A stretch of 34,258 nucleotides of DNA. It comes from Caldilineae bacterium (lineage in GTDB: Bacteria; Chloroflexota; Anaerolineae; DTLA01). The stretch lies in NCBI GenBank assembly GCA_037446815.1, contig JBBIHX010000017.1, positions 1 to 34,258 of the forward strand. Direction: 5' to 3'. Made by a program: the position numbers and the translations under genes. This document shows positions 25,825-34,258 of this stretch, in pieces. Each line of letters starts with the position of its first letter. The first letter of the stretch is position 1. The notes beneath the pieces were generated by a model that worked only from the letters and a program-made list of their open reading frames with translations, did not search any database and was not told the origin of the DNA.

Positions 25825-26403
25825 GTGATCGCCACCCTGCACGGGAGAATTGTCGGGCACGCCAAGCAGTCCATCATCCTGGACGTGAACGGCGTCGGGT
25901 TTCAGGTGATGTTGAGCGCGTCGGACCTGGACCGCTTCGGCGAAATCGGCCAAGAGGCCACGCTGTTCACCCACCTGCAGGTCCGCGAGGACGGGCTAAC
26001 CCTCTACGGTTTCTCCAGTGAGGAAGCGCGCGAACTGTTTGAACTCCTGCTCACGGTCAGCGGCATCGGCCCCAAAGTCGCCATGGCGCTGCTGTCCGCG
26101 TTCTCGCCCGAGGACCTGCAGAAGGCGCTGGTGCAAGAGGACATCGGCGCATTGAGCCGCGTGCCCGGCATCGGCCCCAAGACGGCCCGCAACCTGGTGT
26201 TTCACCTGCGCGACAAGATTCAGGCCGCGCCGGTCGGCCCATCGTTGGCGGCACTGGCCGAAGCCGACGCCGAGGTCATCAGCGCCCTCACCTCGCTGGG
26301 CTACAGCGTGATGGAGGCACAGCGCGCCGTGCAGTCGCTCCCCCGCGAGGAATTGCCGCTGGAGGAGCGGATACGGCTGGCGCTGGCGTATTTCGGGCGG
26401 TAG
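25825..26403 (+). CDS. ruvA: Holliday junction DNA-binding protein RuvA
   Basis: DVNGVGF, VREDGLTLYGF, two HhH motifs (VSGIGPK, VPGIGPK), ALTSLGY. Confidence 0.97.
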   Translation: MIATLHGRIVGHAKQSIILDVNGVGFQVMLSASDLDRFGEIGQEATLFTHLQVREDGLTLYGFSSEEARELFELLLTVSGIGPKVAMALLSAFSPEDLQKALVQEDIGALSRVPGIGPKTARNLVFHLRDKIQAAPVGPSLAALAEADAEVISALTSLGYSVMEAQRAVQSLPREELPLEERIRLALAYFGR

Positions 26404-26519
26404 CCGCGCCCGCCTTCAGNNNNNNNNNNNNNNNNNNNNNNNNNNNNNNNNNNNNNNNNNNNNNNNNNNNNNNNNNNNNNNNNNNNNNNNNNNNNNNNNN
26501 NNNNNNNNNNNNNNNNNNN

Positions 26520-27443
26520 CCGACTCGCCAGCAGGCACAGCACCTCGTACATGAGATTCGCCGCCAGGAGCGCGGTGATCTCCCCGCAGTCAAAGGCCGG
26601 GCATACCTCCACGATGTCAAACCCCACGATGGTCAGGTCGCGCAGGCCCCGCACCAGCCCCAGCATCTCCCGCGCCGAGAACCCGTCGACCTCCGGGGTG
26701 CCCGTGCCGGGCGCGAAGGCCGGGTCTGCCGCGTCTATGTCCAGCGTAACGTACACCGGGCCGCGCGCCGTCTCGCGCACGCGGGAGACGACGGCGGCAA
26801 TGCCCATCTCCGCCGCCTCGTCCATGGGAATCAGGCGCAGGCCCAACGCCCGCGCCTCGTCCAGGTCCCCTGGCGCGTCTACCGACCCGCGAATGCCCAC
26901 CTGCACCGACGCGGCGGGGTCAATCAGCCTCTCCTCAATCGCCCGCCGAATGGGCGTCCCGTGGCCGTAGGGCTGGCCGTGTTCCGTGTGCCAGGTGTCG
27001 GGGTGCGAATCAAACTGGACGAGGGACAGGGGCCCGTGCCGCGCCGACACCGCCCGCAGCAGCGGTAGCGTAACCGAGTGGTCGCCGCCCATGGCCATGG
27101 GGAACGCGCCCGCCTCCAGCACGGCCGCCGTCCAATCCCGCACCGCGCCCATGGTCTGCTCCACGTAGGCGGGCACCACCGGCACGTCGCCCAGGTCGCC
27201 GACGCGCAGCGCCTCAAAGGGGGCAACCCGCCACCACGGGTGATATTCGCGCAGCAGGCCCGAAACCTTGCGGATGGCCGCCGGGGCGTGGCGGGCGCCG
27301 CTTCGGCACGTGGTGGCGCCGTCGTAGGGGACGCCGAAGATCGCCACGTCCAGGCCCTCCGGGCTCGCGGCGGCCGGAACGCGGGCGAAGGTGTGAATCC
27401 CTGCATACCGGGGCGGGCGGCCCCATCGCGATAGCCAATCCAT
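26520..27443 (-). CDS. speB: Agmatinase-like ureohydrolase; last codons lost in a gap
   Basis: GGDHS, DSHPDT, HGT, TLDIDAADPAFAPGTGTP, DIVEV metal-binding motifs; exact substrate not determinable. Confidence 0.8.
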
Positions 27444-27446
27444 GCG

Positions 27447-28196
27447 TTACCTCCCCTGAAGGCTCTCGGCGATGACGGCGACGAGGAACTGCGGGAGCGC
27501 CAGCATGCGCCGCCAGCGCCAGGGCTGATGGACGAGGCGGTGAAGCCACTCCAGACCCGCCCGCTGCATCCACAGCGGCGCGCGCTTGGCCCGGCCCGCG
27601 ATGAAGTCAAAGGCGCCGCCCACACCCATGGCCACCGGCACCCCCAGCCGATGCAGGTTGCGCGCGATCCACAGGTCCTGCTTCGGCGCGCCGTAGGCTA
27701 CAAACAGCACGTCGGGCGCCGCCGCCGTGATGCGGGCGATGATGGCGTCTTCTTCCTCCGGCGCGGGCGAGCCGGCGTAGGTCCCGGCCACGCGCAGTCC
27801 CGGATTCGTCGCCTCCAGCCGCCGCGCCGCTTCTTCCGCGACGCCGGGGGCCGCGCCCAGCAGGTAGAGCCGATACCCCCGCGCGGCGGCCAGGGCGGCC
27901 ATCCGCATCACCGTGTCCACGCCGGTAACCCGCTCCTTGAGCGGCGTCCCCCGGATGCGCGCGCCGAGGAGCAGCCCCACGCCGTCGGGGAGCGACAGGT
28001 TGGCGCGGAGCAGCACCTCGCGGAACGCCGCGTCTCTCTGGGCCGCCATGACGAACTCGGGGTTCACCGTTACCACCTGGCGCGGCTTCCGCGCGAGGAT
28101 AAACGCCTCCAAAATCTGCAACGCCTCGCGGCTGTCCACGTTGTGGACGGGGATGCCCAAGAAGCGCACCGTCTGCACCGGGTCGGGCAAAGTCAT
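27447..28196 (-). CDS. WecB/TagA/CpsF glycosyltransferase (GT26)
   Basis: VVTVNPE, PDGVG, ERVTGVD, GAPKQD, GVGGAFD, GLEWLHRL; ATGA overlap with the upstream GT. Confidence 0.93.
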   Translation of the reverse strand: MTLPDPVQTVRFLGIPVHNVDSREALQILEAFILARKPRQVVTVNPEFVMAAQRDAAFREVLLRANLSLPDGVGLLLGARIRGTPLKERVTGVDTVMRMAALAAARGYRLYLLGAAPGVAEEAARRLEATNPGLRVAGTYAGSPAPEEEDAIIARITAAAPDVLFVAYGAPKQDLWIARNLHRLGVPVAMGVGGAFDFIAGRAKRAPLWMQRAGLEWLHRLVHQPWRWRRMLALPQFLVAVIAESLQGR

Positions 28197-29287
28197 GCGG
28201 CAGCCTCCTCCAGGGCCTTGAGGACCTGCTCCGCGCAGCGCCGCCAGGTGAACAGCCCCGCCCGCTCCGTGCCTCGGCGTATCAACTCGGCGCGCAGGTT
28301 GCCATCGGCGAGGACGCGATTCATGGCGGCGGCCAGGGCCTCGGTGTCCGTTGGGGGGACCAGCAGCGCCGCTTCCCCCGCCACTTCGGGCAGCGAACTG
28401 GTGTTGCTGCACACCACGGGCACGCCGCACGCCATGGCCTCCAGAATGGGCAGCCCGAACCCCTCGTACAGCGACGGGAAGGCGAACAGCGCCGCGCCGC
28501 TCATCAGTGCCGGCAGGTCCTCGTCGGGCACGTATCCGGGGAAGAGCACGCGCTCGCCAATGCCCAACTCGTGGGCGCGGCGCAGGATGGCGTCGTACAG
28601 CCAGCCCTTCCGGCCGGCCAGCACGAGGCGATAGGGCGGGGCAACATGGGCGAACGCTTCTATCAGGCGCGTCAGATTCTTGCGCGGCTGAAGGGTCCCC
28701 ACATACAGCACATACGGCGGCTCAATCCCGTAGCGCCGCAGCGTCGCCTCCAGCACGGCACGGTCGTGCACGGGCCTGATGTCGGGCCGCAAGCCCGGGT
28801 GCGCCACCCGAATCTTGTCGGCGGGGACACGGTAGAAGCGCACCAGGTCGTCGCGCGTGGCGCTAGAGTCGGCGATGACGACGCGGCTGGCGCGGGCGTT
28901 GTGGCGCGTGCCCCATTCCAGGTACAGCCGAGACGCCCACGGATGCGCCTGGGGGAAGTAGCGGTAGCCCAAGTCGTGCACCGTCGCCACGGCGCGCCCG
29001 GGTGCCAGTGGCAACACGTGCGCCGGGACGAACAGCACGTCGGGCGGCCTCGCTCGCACCTCGGCGGCCAGGCGTATGTGCGTCCACAGGCGGGGGAAGG
29101 GGATAATCCGCAGGCGCACGTTGGGCCGTGCCGGGAAGAGATTCGGCCCCGGCGGTTGGTTGAAGTACAGCGTAAAGGTATGCTCCGCGCCCAGGTCCAG
29201 CAGTGCACGGATGAGGTGCAGCGAATAGGTCTCGGTTCCCGTGCGTAAGGCGCGCGCGGCGCGGCTGGCGTCTATGCCGATGTTCAT
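28193..29287 (-). CDS. GT4-family glycosyltransferase
   Basis: TVHDL, VGTLQPRKN, PSLYEGFGLPILEAMACG. Confidence 0.93.
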   Translation of the reverse strand: MNIGIDASRAARALRTGTETYSLHLIRALLDLGAEHTFTLYFNQPPGPNLFPARPNVRLRIIPFPRLWTHIRLAAEVRARPPDVLFVPAHVLPLAPGRAVATVHDLGYRYFPQAHPWASRLYLEWGTRHNARASRVVIADSSATRDDLVRFYRVPADKIRVAHPGLRPDIRPVHDRAVLEATLRRYGIEPPYVLYVGTLQPRKNLTRLIEAFAHVAPPYRLVLAGRKGWLYDAILRRAHELGIGERVLFPGYVPDEDLPALMSGAALFAFPSLYEGFGLPILEAMACGVPVVCSNTSSLPEVAGEAALLVPPTDTEALAAAMNRVLADGNLRAELIRRGTERAGLFTWRRCAEQVLKALEEAAA

Positions 29288-29296
29288 GGCGAGGAC

Positions 29297-29749
29297 TCAC
29301 CGATGATGCTCGCGCTCCACCTCGGCGATCTTCTCCACGCGCCGATGATGCCGAGGCGAGTCGCTGAACTCGGTTCGCAGCCAGATGTCCACGATGTCCA
29401 GCGCAAGCCCTGGCCCCACCACGCGCCCGCCCAGGCACAGGACGTTGGCGTTGTTGTGCTCGCGGCTCATGCGGGCCGAGTAGGTGTCCAGGCACACCGC
29501 GGCGCGAATCCCGCGGACCTTGTTAGCGGTCATGGCCATCCCCTGGCCCGTGCCGCAGATGAGGATGCCGCGGTCAAACTGGCCGCCCGCCACCGCCTGG
29601 GCCACAGCGCGGGCATAGTCTGGGTAGTCGGTGGACTCGTGGGAATGGGCCCCGAAGTCCTGCACTTCGTGCCCTTGAGCCTCTAGGTGCTGGCGGATGG
29701 CGTCTTTCAGATCCACACCGCCGTGGTCGGCGCCGATTGCGATTTTCAT
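29297..29749 (-). CDS. rpiB: Ribose-5-phosphate isomerase B
   Basis: IGADHGG, DYPDYA, ICGTGQGM, REHNNANVL, RHHRR; start at ATG 29749. Confidence 0.96.
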   Translation of the reverse strand: MKIAIGADHGGVDLKDAIRQHLEAQGHEVQDFGAHSHESTDYPDYARAVAQAVAGGQFDRGILICGTGQGMAMTANKVRGIRAAVCLDTYSARMSREHNNANVLCLGGRVVGPGLALDIVDIWLRTEFSDSPRHHRRVEKIAEVEREHHR

Positions 29750-29779
29750 CGTTCCCCTCCGCGGGTGGGATGCGCCGCC

Positions 29780-29788
29780 ATTATACCA
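29780..29788 (-). promoter_or_regulatory. Extended -10 promoter of the rpiB operon
   Basis: TGGTATAAT on the minus strand about 30 bp before the ATG. Confidence 0.65.
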
Positions 29789-29826
29789 CAGGCGCGCCGC
29801 CCGCGCAGGTGTCGGCCTCCGCGGCT

Positions 29827-29974
29827 TCGGTTCCAAAGTCTGTTGGCATCTACTGTCATTCTGAGCGGCGAAGCCGCGAAGAATCTCGCTGACCGAGATG
29901 CTTCGCCTTCGGCTCAGCATGACAGGACCGGGAGGCAGTGCGCGGGACAGACCAACACAAGATGGAACCGAGTC
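29827..29974 (+). mobile_element. Complete minimal inverted-end-bounded REP-like element (copy E2, about 148 bp)
   Basis: Left end TCGGTTCCAAAGTCTGTTGG (29827-29846), cargo GTCATTCTGAGC...GCTCAGCATGAC (29855-29923), right end CCAACACAAGATGGAACCGA (29952-29971). Confidence 0.75.
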
Positions 29975-30021
29975 CGGGACAGGATTTGGCTTCGTCGTCC
30001 ATCTGGCATTGCTTTGCGCCC

Positions 30022-30106
30022 GTAGCGCGGCGGCTTTAGCCCCGCGCGGGTTTAGCCCCGCGCAAATGGCGAACGTGCGACGCACCTCGCAGGTGCTTCG
30101 CACGTT
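30022..30106 (+). repeat. GTAG-type REP-like repeat followed by the AACGTGCGACGCACCT...AGGTGCTTCGCACGTT hairpin
   Basis: Same modules and order as 24310-24393. Confidence 0.75.
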
Positions 30107-30107
30107 A

Positions 30108-30740
30108 TCAGAGGCCCAGCAGCGGAGCCAGGTCCTCCCAGCGGATGGGGCCCTGACGGACAATCCGAGGCGGGGTTACCGAGAGGTCAATGACCGTAGA
30201 CGCGACGCCACCCGGACACGGCCCGCCATCCAGGATGAGGTCTATCGCGTCCCCCAGCGAGGCTTCCACCTCGTCGGCGGTTACCGCGCTCGGCTGGCCC
30301 GACAGGTTCGCGCTGGTAGTAGCCAGCGGCGCGCCCACGCGCTCAATCAGCGCCAGCGCCACGGGGTGATCGGGGACGCGCACGGCGACGGTGGGCCCGC
30401 CAGCCGTTACGGCATCGGGCACAAGCGCGGACCGCTCCAGCACCATGCTCAAGGCGCCGGGCCAGAACGCGCCCGCCAGTTGCCACGCGGCGGGCGGGAC
30501 ATGCTTGGCAATACGGTTCAAGTCGCGCACGTTGGCGACGAGCACGGGGATAGCCTTCTCGCGGTCGCGGACTTTGGCAATGTACAGGCGATCCACGGCC
30601 TGCTGGTGGAAAACCAGCGCGCCGACGCCGTACACGGTGTCGGTAGGGAACGCCACCAACCCGCCCTCGCGGAGTATCCGCGCCGCCATGGCGAGCGCTT
30701 CATCCCAGTTGTCGGGAGTTATGCGAATCCGCACGCTCAC
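30108..30740 (-). CDS. tsaC: L-threonylcarbamoyladenylate synthase (TsaC/YrdC type)
   Basis: VAFPTDTVYG, K-x-R, FWPGAL, VAVRVPDH, TTSANLSG, STVID. Confidence 0.95.
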   Translation of the reverse strand: MSVRIRITPDNWDEALAMAARILREGGLVAFPTDTVYGVGALVFHQQAVDRLYIAKVRDREKAIPVLVANVRDLNRIAKHVPPAAWQLAGAFWPGALSMVLERSALVPDAVTAGGPTVAVRVPDHPVALALIERVGAPLATTSANLSGQPSAVTADEVEASLGDAIDLILDGGPCPGGVASTVIDLSVTPPRIVRQGPIRWEDLAPLLGL

Positions 30741-31930
30741 CTTCCGATCCGCGGGGCGCTACCCCCGATCGCAAGAATCGCCGCATTGGCGAAGTACTCA
30801 AAGTCAAACTCGGTCAGTTCGCCTGCGCGTTTCCCGGGAATGGGCATCAGTCGCGCCGTGAGGGGCTTGCTCAGCCGCGTGGACAGGGCCGCCAAATCCC
30901 AGAGGATGGCCGCGAGTTCGTCCTCCGTCGTGTCGCCGGGCAGCGGCACGGTGTCCAGCCCCGCCCCGCACACGGCGGAGAACAGCAGCAGATGATCCAG
31001 CGTATACGCCCCCTCTCGGCTCCGCCGGGCCAGCACGGCATCCTCCAGCACCGGCAGGAACAGCCCGCAGAAGCCGGTCTTGGGGAATTCGGCGGACTGC
31101 ACGGCGCGCGTGAGCAGGGCCGCGGCGAAGAGGGTCCCGCGCGCGCCGAATCGGTCGCCTGTCAGCGCCTCTATCGCCTGGGCGATGCTTCGTTCCGGCG
31201 TCGGATAGGGCGCGAGAGAGAAGTCTATGCCGGCAAACCCGACGGCCAACTCCTGGGCCAGCGCCCGCGCCACCTCCGTGATGCGCGTCGCGTGGGATTG
31301 GACAAGGGCGCGCAAGTCGGCCTCGGCCTGGGCCGGAGACTGCGCCCGGGAGCAGGCTTCCACGGCCAGGGTTGCGGCTTCGGTGGCCACGGCGAAGCGG
31401 GCCGCCCCGCCTCCGTGATAGGCCACGGGGAAGAACGGGGACCACGGCGCACAGTTGGCCAGGGCCGCCAGCCGCAGGTTGCCGAACCCGTTTGCCACGC
31501 CGCGACTGACGCGCGCGATGAGCCTCGCCGCCCTGCGCACGCCTTCGGAGTCCACGCCCGCCGTCGGCGACGCGATGGTCGCGCCGAAGAACACGCCCTG
31601 GGTCGCGGCGATGGCGTCGGGAATCTCCTCGGCGAGTTGCCAGCCGAAAGCGCCGCTTGCGCCTGGGGCCGGGCCGAGCGACACGTAGTCCACGCTCGCA
31701 TCGCGCGCGGCGGCCTCCACCTCCACCGCCGCCTCGGGAAGCGCAAAGGCTTCCGCGTCGGCGGCTATCTCGGGGAAGGGCTGCGTCGCCAGGCGTATGG
31801 ACTGCACGCGGTAGCCCGCTTCAGTGAAGGCCCGGCGCGCTGCCGACGCGAACCGCGCGATGCGTTCCCACTGCGACGCTTGGAGCGGATATGCCAGGTC
31901 CACAAAGCACGTGAGCGACCGAATCTCCAT
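30737..31930 (-). CDS. DUF711/UPF0210-like protein
   Basis: MEIRSLT start, PFFPVAYH, GIDFSLAP, GFCGLFLPVLED, SAVCGAGLDTVPLPGD, LTARLMPIPG. Confidence 0.8.
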   Translation of the reverse strand: MEIRSLTCFVDLAYPLQASQWERIARFASAARRAFTEAGYRVQSIRLATQPFPEIAADAEAFALPEAAVEVEAAARDASVDYVSLGPAPGASGAFGWQLAEEIPDAIAATQGVFFGATIASPTAGVDSEGVRRAARLIARVSRGVANGFGNLRLAALANCAPWSPFFPVAYHGGGAARFAVATEAATLAVEACSRAQSPAQAEADLRALVQSHATRITEVARALAQELAVGFAGIDFSLAPYPTPERSIAQAIEALTGDRFGARGTLFAAALLTRAVQSAEFPKTGFCGLFLPVLEDAVLARRSREGAYTLDHLLLFSAVCGAGLDTVPLPGDTTEDELAAILWDLAALSTRLSKPLTARLMPIPGKRAGELTEFDFEYFANAAILAIGGSAPRIGR

Positions 31931-31934
31931 TGTC

Positions 31935-32732
31935 CTATCTTCCCCTGTGCCGTCTCTGCCTCAAGGCTTCCATCAAAATCACGGCGGCAGCGACCGCCGC
32001 GTTCAGCGATTCGGTTTTCCCCATCATGGGGATGGCAATCGGCGTTGTCCTTACCGGAATGAGGGGGCGGTAAGGTGCTCCGCGAGTCTCGCTGCCGACC
32101 ATCAGCACCGCCGGACGTGTCCAATCCACCGCGTCGTAGGACAGTCTGGCGCGGGCATCGGCCAGGTACACCCGGGTGCTGCGCAGCACCTGATTCATCT
32201 CGCGCCAGTCGGGGTCCAGGAAGACGGGCAGGCGAAAGTGGGCCCCCATGCCCGCGCGGACGACCTTCGGCGAGAACGGGTCCACCGTGCCCGGCGTCAG
32301 GACGACCCAGTCGGCGCCGGCGGCCTCTGCCGTGCGCAGCGCCGTGCCCAGGTTGCCCGGATCGCGCCATTCGTCCAGCAGGAGGCCGATGCGCTTCGGC
32401 GGCTTGGGCATGGGCCAGGCGGGCATCTCCGCGACGATGAGAACGCCCTGCGGGGTTACGGTGTCGGCCATCGCCTTCATGACCTGCGGCGACACAGCGA
32501 AACAGGCATCCGTAGCCTGTTGGAGTTGCGGAATCAGGGGGCGGCCCAGCGGAGACGCGGCGAACTCTTCGGTGTAGAACGCCTCGCGAATGGTGGCCTG
32601 GGCCGCCAAGGCGTCGGCCACCAGCCGCGCCCCTTCCGCGATGAAACACCGCTCCCGCGCGCGGACGTTCTGCCGGTGCAGAGAGCGCACGTGCTTGACT
32701 CGCGGATTGTCCGTGCTGGTGATTGCAATCAT
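31935..32732 (-). CDS. TrmH/SpoU-family RNA 2'-O-methyltransferase
   Basis: DPGNLGTALRTA, KVVRAGMG, GSETRG, IPM...ESLNAAVA SPOUT motifs. Confidence 0.94.
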   Translation of the reverse strand: MIAITSTDNPRVKHVRSLHRQNVRARERCFIAEGARLVADALAAQATIREAFYTEEFAASPLGRPLIPQLQQATDACFAVSPQVMKAMADTVTPQGVLIVAEMPAWPMPKPPKRIGLLLDEWRDPGNLGTALRTAEAAGADWVVLTPGTVDPFSPKVVRAGMGAHFRLPVFLDPDWREMNQVLRSTRVYLADARARLSYDAVDWTRPAVLMVGSETRGAPYRPLIPVRTTPIAIPMMGKTESLNAAVAAAVILMEALRQRRHRGR

Positions 32733-32815
32733 CTCGGATACAACAAAACGAGGGAAGGTGCGGCAATCCTCACATTCCCTCAGGTTGTGCGAAGCGGTAT
32801 GCGCAGGCCGATGGT

Positions 32816-33172
32816 CTACGCCAAGGCGTTGCGGGCCACGTCAACCAGATTGGCGAAGGCCTTGGGGTCGGTTACCGCCATGTCGGCCAACACCTTGCGG
32901 TCCAGCCCCACGCCGGCAGCCTGCAAGCCCTGCATGAAGCGGCTGTAGGACAGGCCCTGCTCGCGCGCCGCCGCGTTGATGCGGAGAATCCACAGGCGGC
33001 GCATGTCCCGCTTGCGATTGCGACGGTCGCGGTAGGCGTAGGACAGCGACTTGAGCATCGCCTCGTTGGCGCGGCGGAACAGTTTGCTCCGAGTGCCGAA
33101 CTGCCCCTTGGTGAGTTTGAGAACTTTCTTATGCTTCTGATGGGCGGGAACGCCCCGTTTTACTCTTGGCAA
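32816..33172 (-). CDS. rplT: 50S ribosomal protein bL20
   Basis: [38 protein letters not shown] start. Confidence 0.98.
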   Translation of the reverse strand: MPRVKRGVPAHQKHKKVLKLTKGQFGTRSKLFRRANEAMLKSLSYAYRDRRNRKRDMRRLWILRINAAAREQGLSYSRFMQGLQAAGVGLDRKVLADMAVTDPKAFANLVDVARNALA

Positions 33173-33207
33173 GGATAGATACCCCCTTCCGTCAAAGTCT
33201 TACGATG

Positions 33208-33417
33208 CTACTGCTGCTTGAGGTAAGGGGCAAGCCGAGCCACTCGGCGCTTGAGCCCCCTGGACTCAACGACCAGCATCTCGTCAAATTGAGCCTTCAC
33301 GCGCGCGGACTTGTTCCGGCGCAGGTGGCTCTTCATCTGCTTGGTGCGCAGCAACTTGCCACTCCCGGAGTAGCGGAAGCGCTTGGCTGTGCTCTTGTGC
33401 GTCTTTATCTTCGGCAC
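33208..33417 (-). CDS. rpmI: 50S ribosomal protein bL35
   Basis: MPKIKTHKSTAKRF; between infC and rplT; GGGAGG RBS and GTG start. Confidence 0.97.
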   Translation of the reverse strand: MPKIKTHKSTAKRFRYSGSGKLLRTKQMKSHLRRNKSARVKAQFDEMLVVESRGLKRRVARLAPYLKQQ

Positions 33418-33523
33418 GTGAATCCTCCCACTCGTGTGATCCTGGTGTCCCTAATCAAGTGCGAACCGCCTGCCAGACGGGTGGCCGGCGGTTCTGCTCG
33501 CTCGTTCGCTACACAGTGTCCGC

Positions 33524-34042
33524 CTAGGACTTCTTGGCCGGACTCAACACCATCAGAAGACTTCTGCCGTCAACCTGGGGCGGCTGCTCCACGGTAGAGA
33601 TGTCCGCCAACATTTCCGAAACCTTCTGGAGCACTTCCATCCCCAACTCGGGGTGGCTGGCCTCGCGCCCCCGAAACCGTACCCGGACCTTGACCTTCGC
33701 GCCGCTTTCCAGGAAGCGCCGAGCATCGCGCACTTTGTAGGTAACGTCATGGTCGCCGATCTTGGGGCTCAGGCGGATTTCCTTGACATCCACCGTCTTC
33801 TGAGCCTTGCGTGCCTCGCGCTCTTTCTTCGTGCGTTCGTAGAAGAACTTGCCGGCGTTCAGGATGCGGCACACCGGCGGGTCAGCGTTCGGCGCTACTT
33901 CCACCAGGTCCAAATCGCGGTCGTAGGCCATTTGCAGGGCGTCCCGCAGGGACATGATGCCGACTTGCTCGCCGTTTTCGTCAATGACGCGCACCTGGCG
34001 GGCCTGAATCTCTTCGTTGACGCGCTGGGTCCTGCTGCTTAT
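33524..34042 (-). CDS. infC: Translation initiation factor IF3 (ATA start)
   Basis: Frame extends 16 codons beyond the ORF call to ATA (ISSRTQRVNEEIQARQVRVI) with GAGGAG 6 nt upstream; LDLVEVAP, PPVCRI, FRGRE. Confidence 0.95.
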   Translation of the reverse strand: MSSRTQRVNEEIQARQVRVIDENGEQVGIMSLRDALQMAYDRDLDLVEVAPNADPPVCRILNAGKFFYERTKKEREARKAQKTVDVKEIRLSPKIGDHDVTYKVRDARRFLESGAKVKVRVRFRGREASHPELGMEVLQKVSEMLADISTVEQPPQVDGRSLLMVLSPAKKS

Positions 34043-34115
34043 GTTGTGCTCCTCACTCGCTGCAAAATAAGAATACGGATGCCGGCCACATCGGGCAGGC
34101 TCTTACAACCGCGAG

Positions 34116-34144
34116 AGTATAACATGACTCGCAAAACCCGTCAA
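34116..34144 (-). promoter_or_regulatory. Sigma70-type promoter of infC-rpmI-rplT
   Basis: TTGACG-17 bp-TATACT with extended TG. Confidence 0.8.
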
Positions 34145-34162
34145 ATCTCCGCCCGCAGGGAC

Positions 34163-34258
34163 ACGGTTTCAAAGTCTGTTGGTATTTTGTCATTGCGAGG
34201 GCTCGGAGCGCCCGAAGCAATCTCCGAGGCGTGGGGTTGCTTCGCTTCGCTCGCAACG
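34163..34258 (+). mobile_element. Left part of inverted-end-bounded REP-like element (copy E5), truncated by the window end
   Basis: ACGGTTTCAAAGTCTGTTGG-tatttt-GTCATTGCGAGGGCTCGGAGCGCCCGAAGCAATCT...GTTGCTTCGCTTCGCTCGCAA. Confidence 0.72.

Noticed and set aside
29952..29971. dif/Xer or integron att site interpretation of the 20-bp ends
   Set aside because: Lacks the 11-6-11 dif layout with a TTATGTTAAAT-like arm and the GTTRRRY core; no recombinase gene in the window.
29750..30163. N-terminal extensions of rpiB (and likewise rrf2, feoC, xth, psuK and the pfkB gene) in the ORF track
   Set aside because: They run through promoters, repeats or neighbouring genes; downstream starts have RBSs or ATGA coupling and match family N-termini.

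Overview
High-GC bacterial scaffold, most likely Chloroflexota (Anaerolineae-like); this is inferred from gene content such as an FMN-riboswitch-led ribXY-type ABC transporter and a short monoderm-type YidC. It has five 100-N gaps (5190-5289, 7058-7157, 9216-9315, 12834-12933, 26420-26519). Content is mostly housekeeping and almost all on the minus strand: infC-rpmI-rplT-trmH-like-DUF711-tsaC; rpiB-GT4-WecB/TagA-agmatinase-like; dtxR-feoA-feoB-xth-feoC-like-Zn protease; rrf2-cydAB; psuK-psuG-methyltransferase; FMN riboswitch-ribX-ribY-ATPase; rpmH-rnpA-yidD-yidC-jag-pfkB-parA-parB-amidohydrolase. Only a transglutaminase-like gene and yebC-ruvC-ruvA are on the plus strand. A perfect parS site overlaps the psuG stop codon, but there is no dnaA or DnaA-box cluster next to rpmH. 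The most unusual signal is non-coding. Intergenic regions are filled with mosaics of several palindromic REP-like families. These include a recurrent small element bounded by 20-bp imperfect inverted ends (TCGGTTCCA-N5-TGTTGG) that carries covarying hairpin cargo; in three cases its left end lies 42-43 bp upstream of the -10 box of a housekeeping promoter. No transposase, CRISPR array, tRNA or rRNA was recognised.
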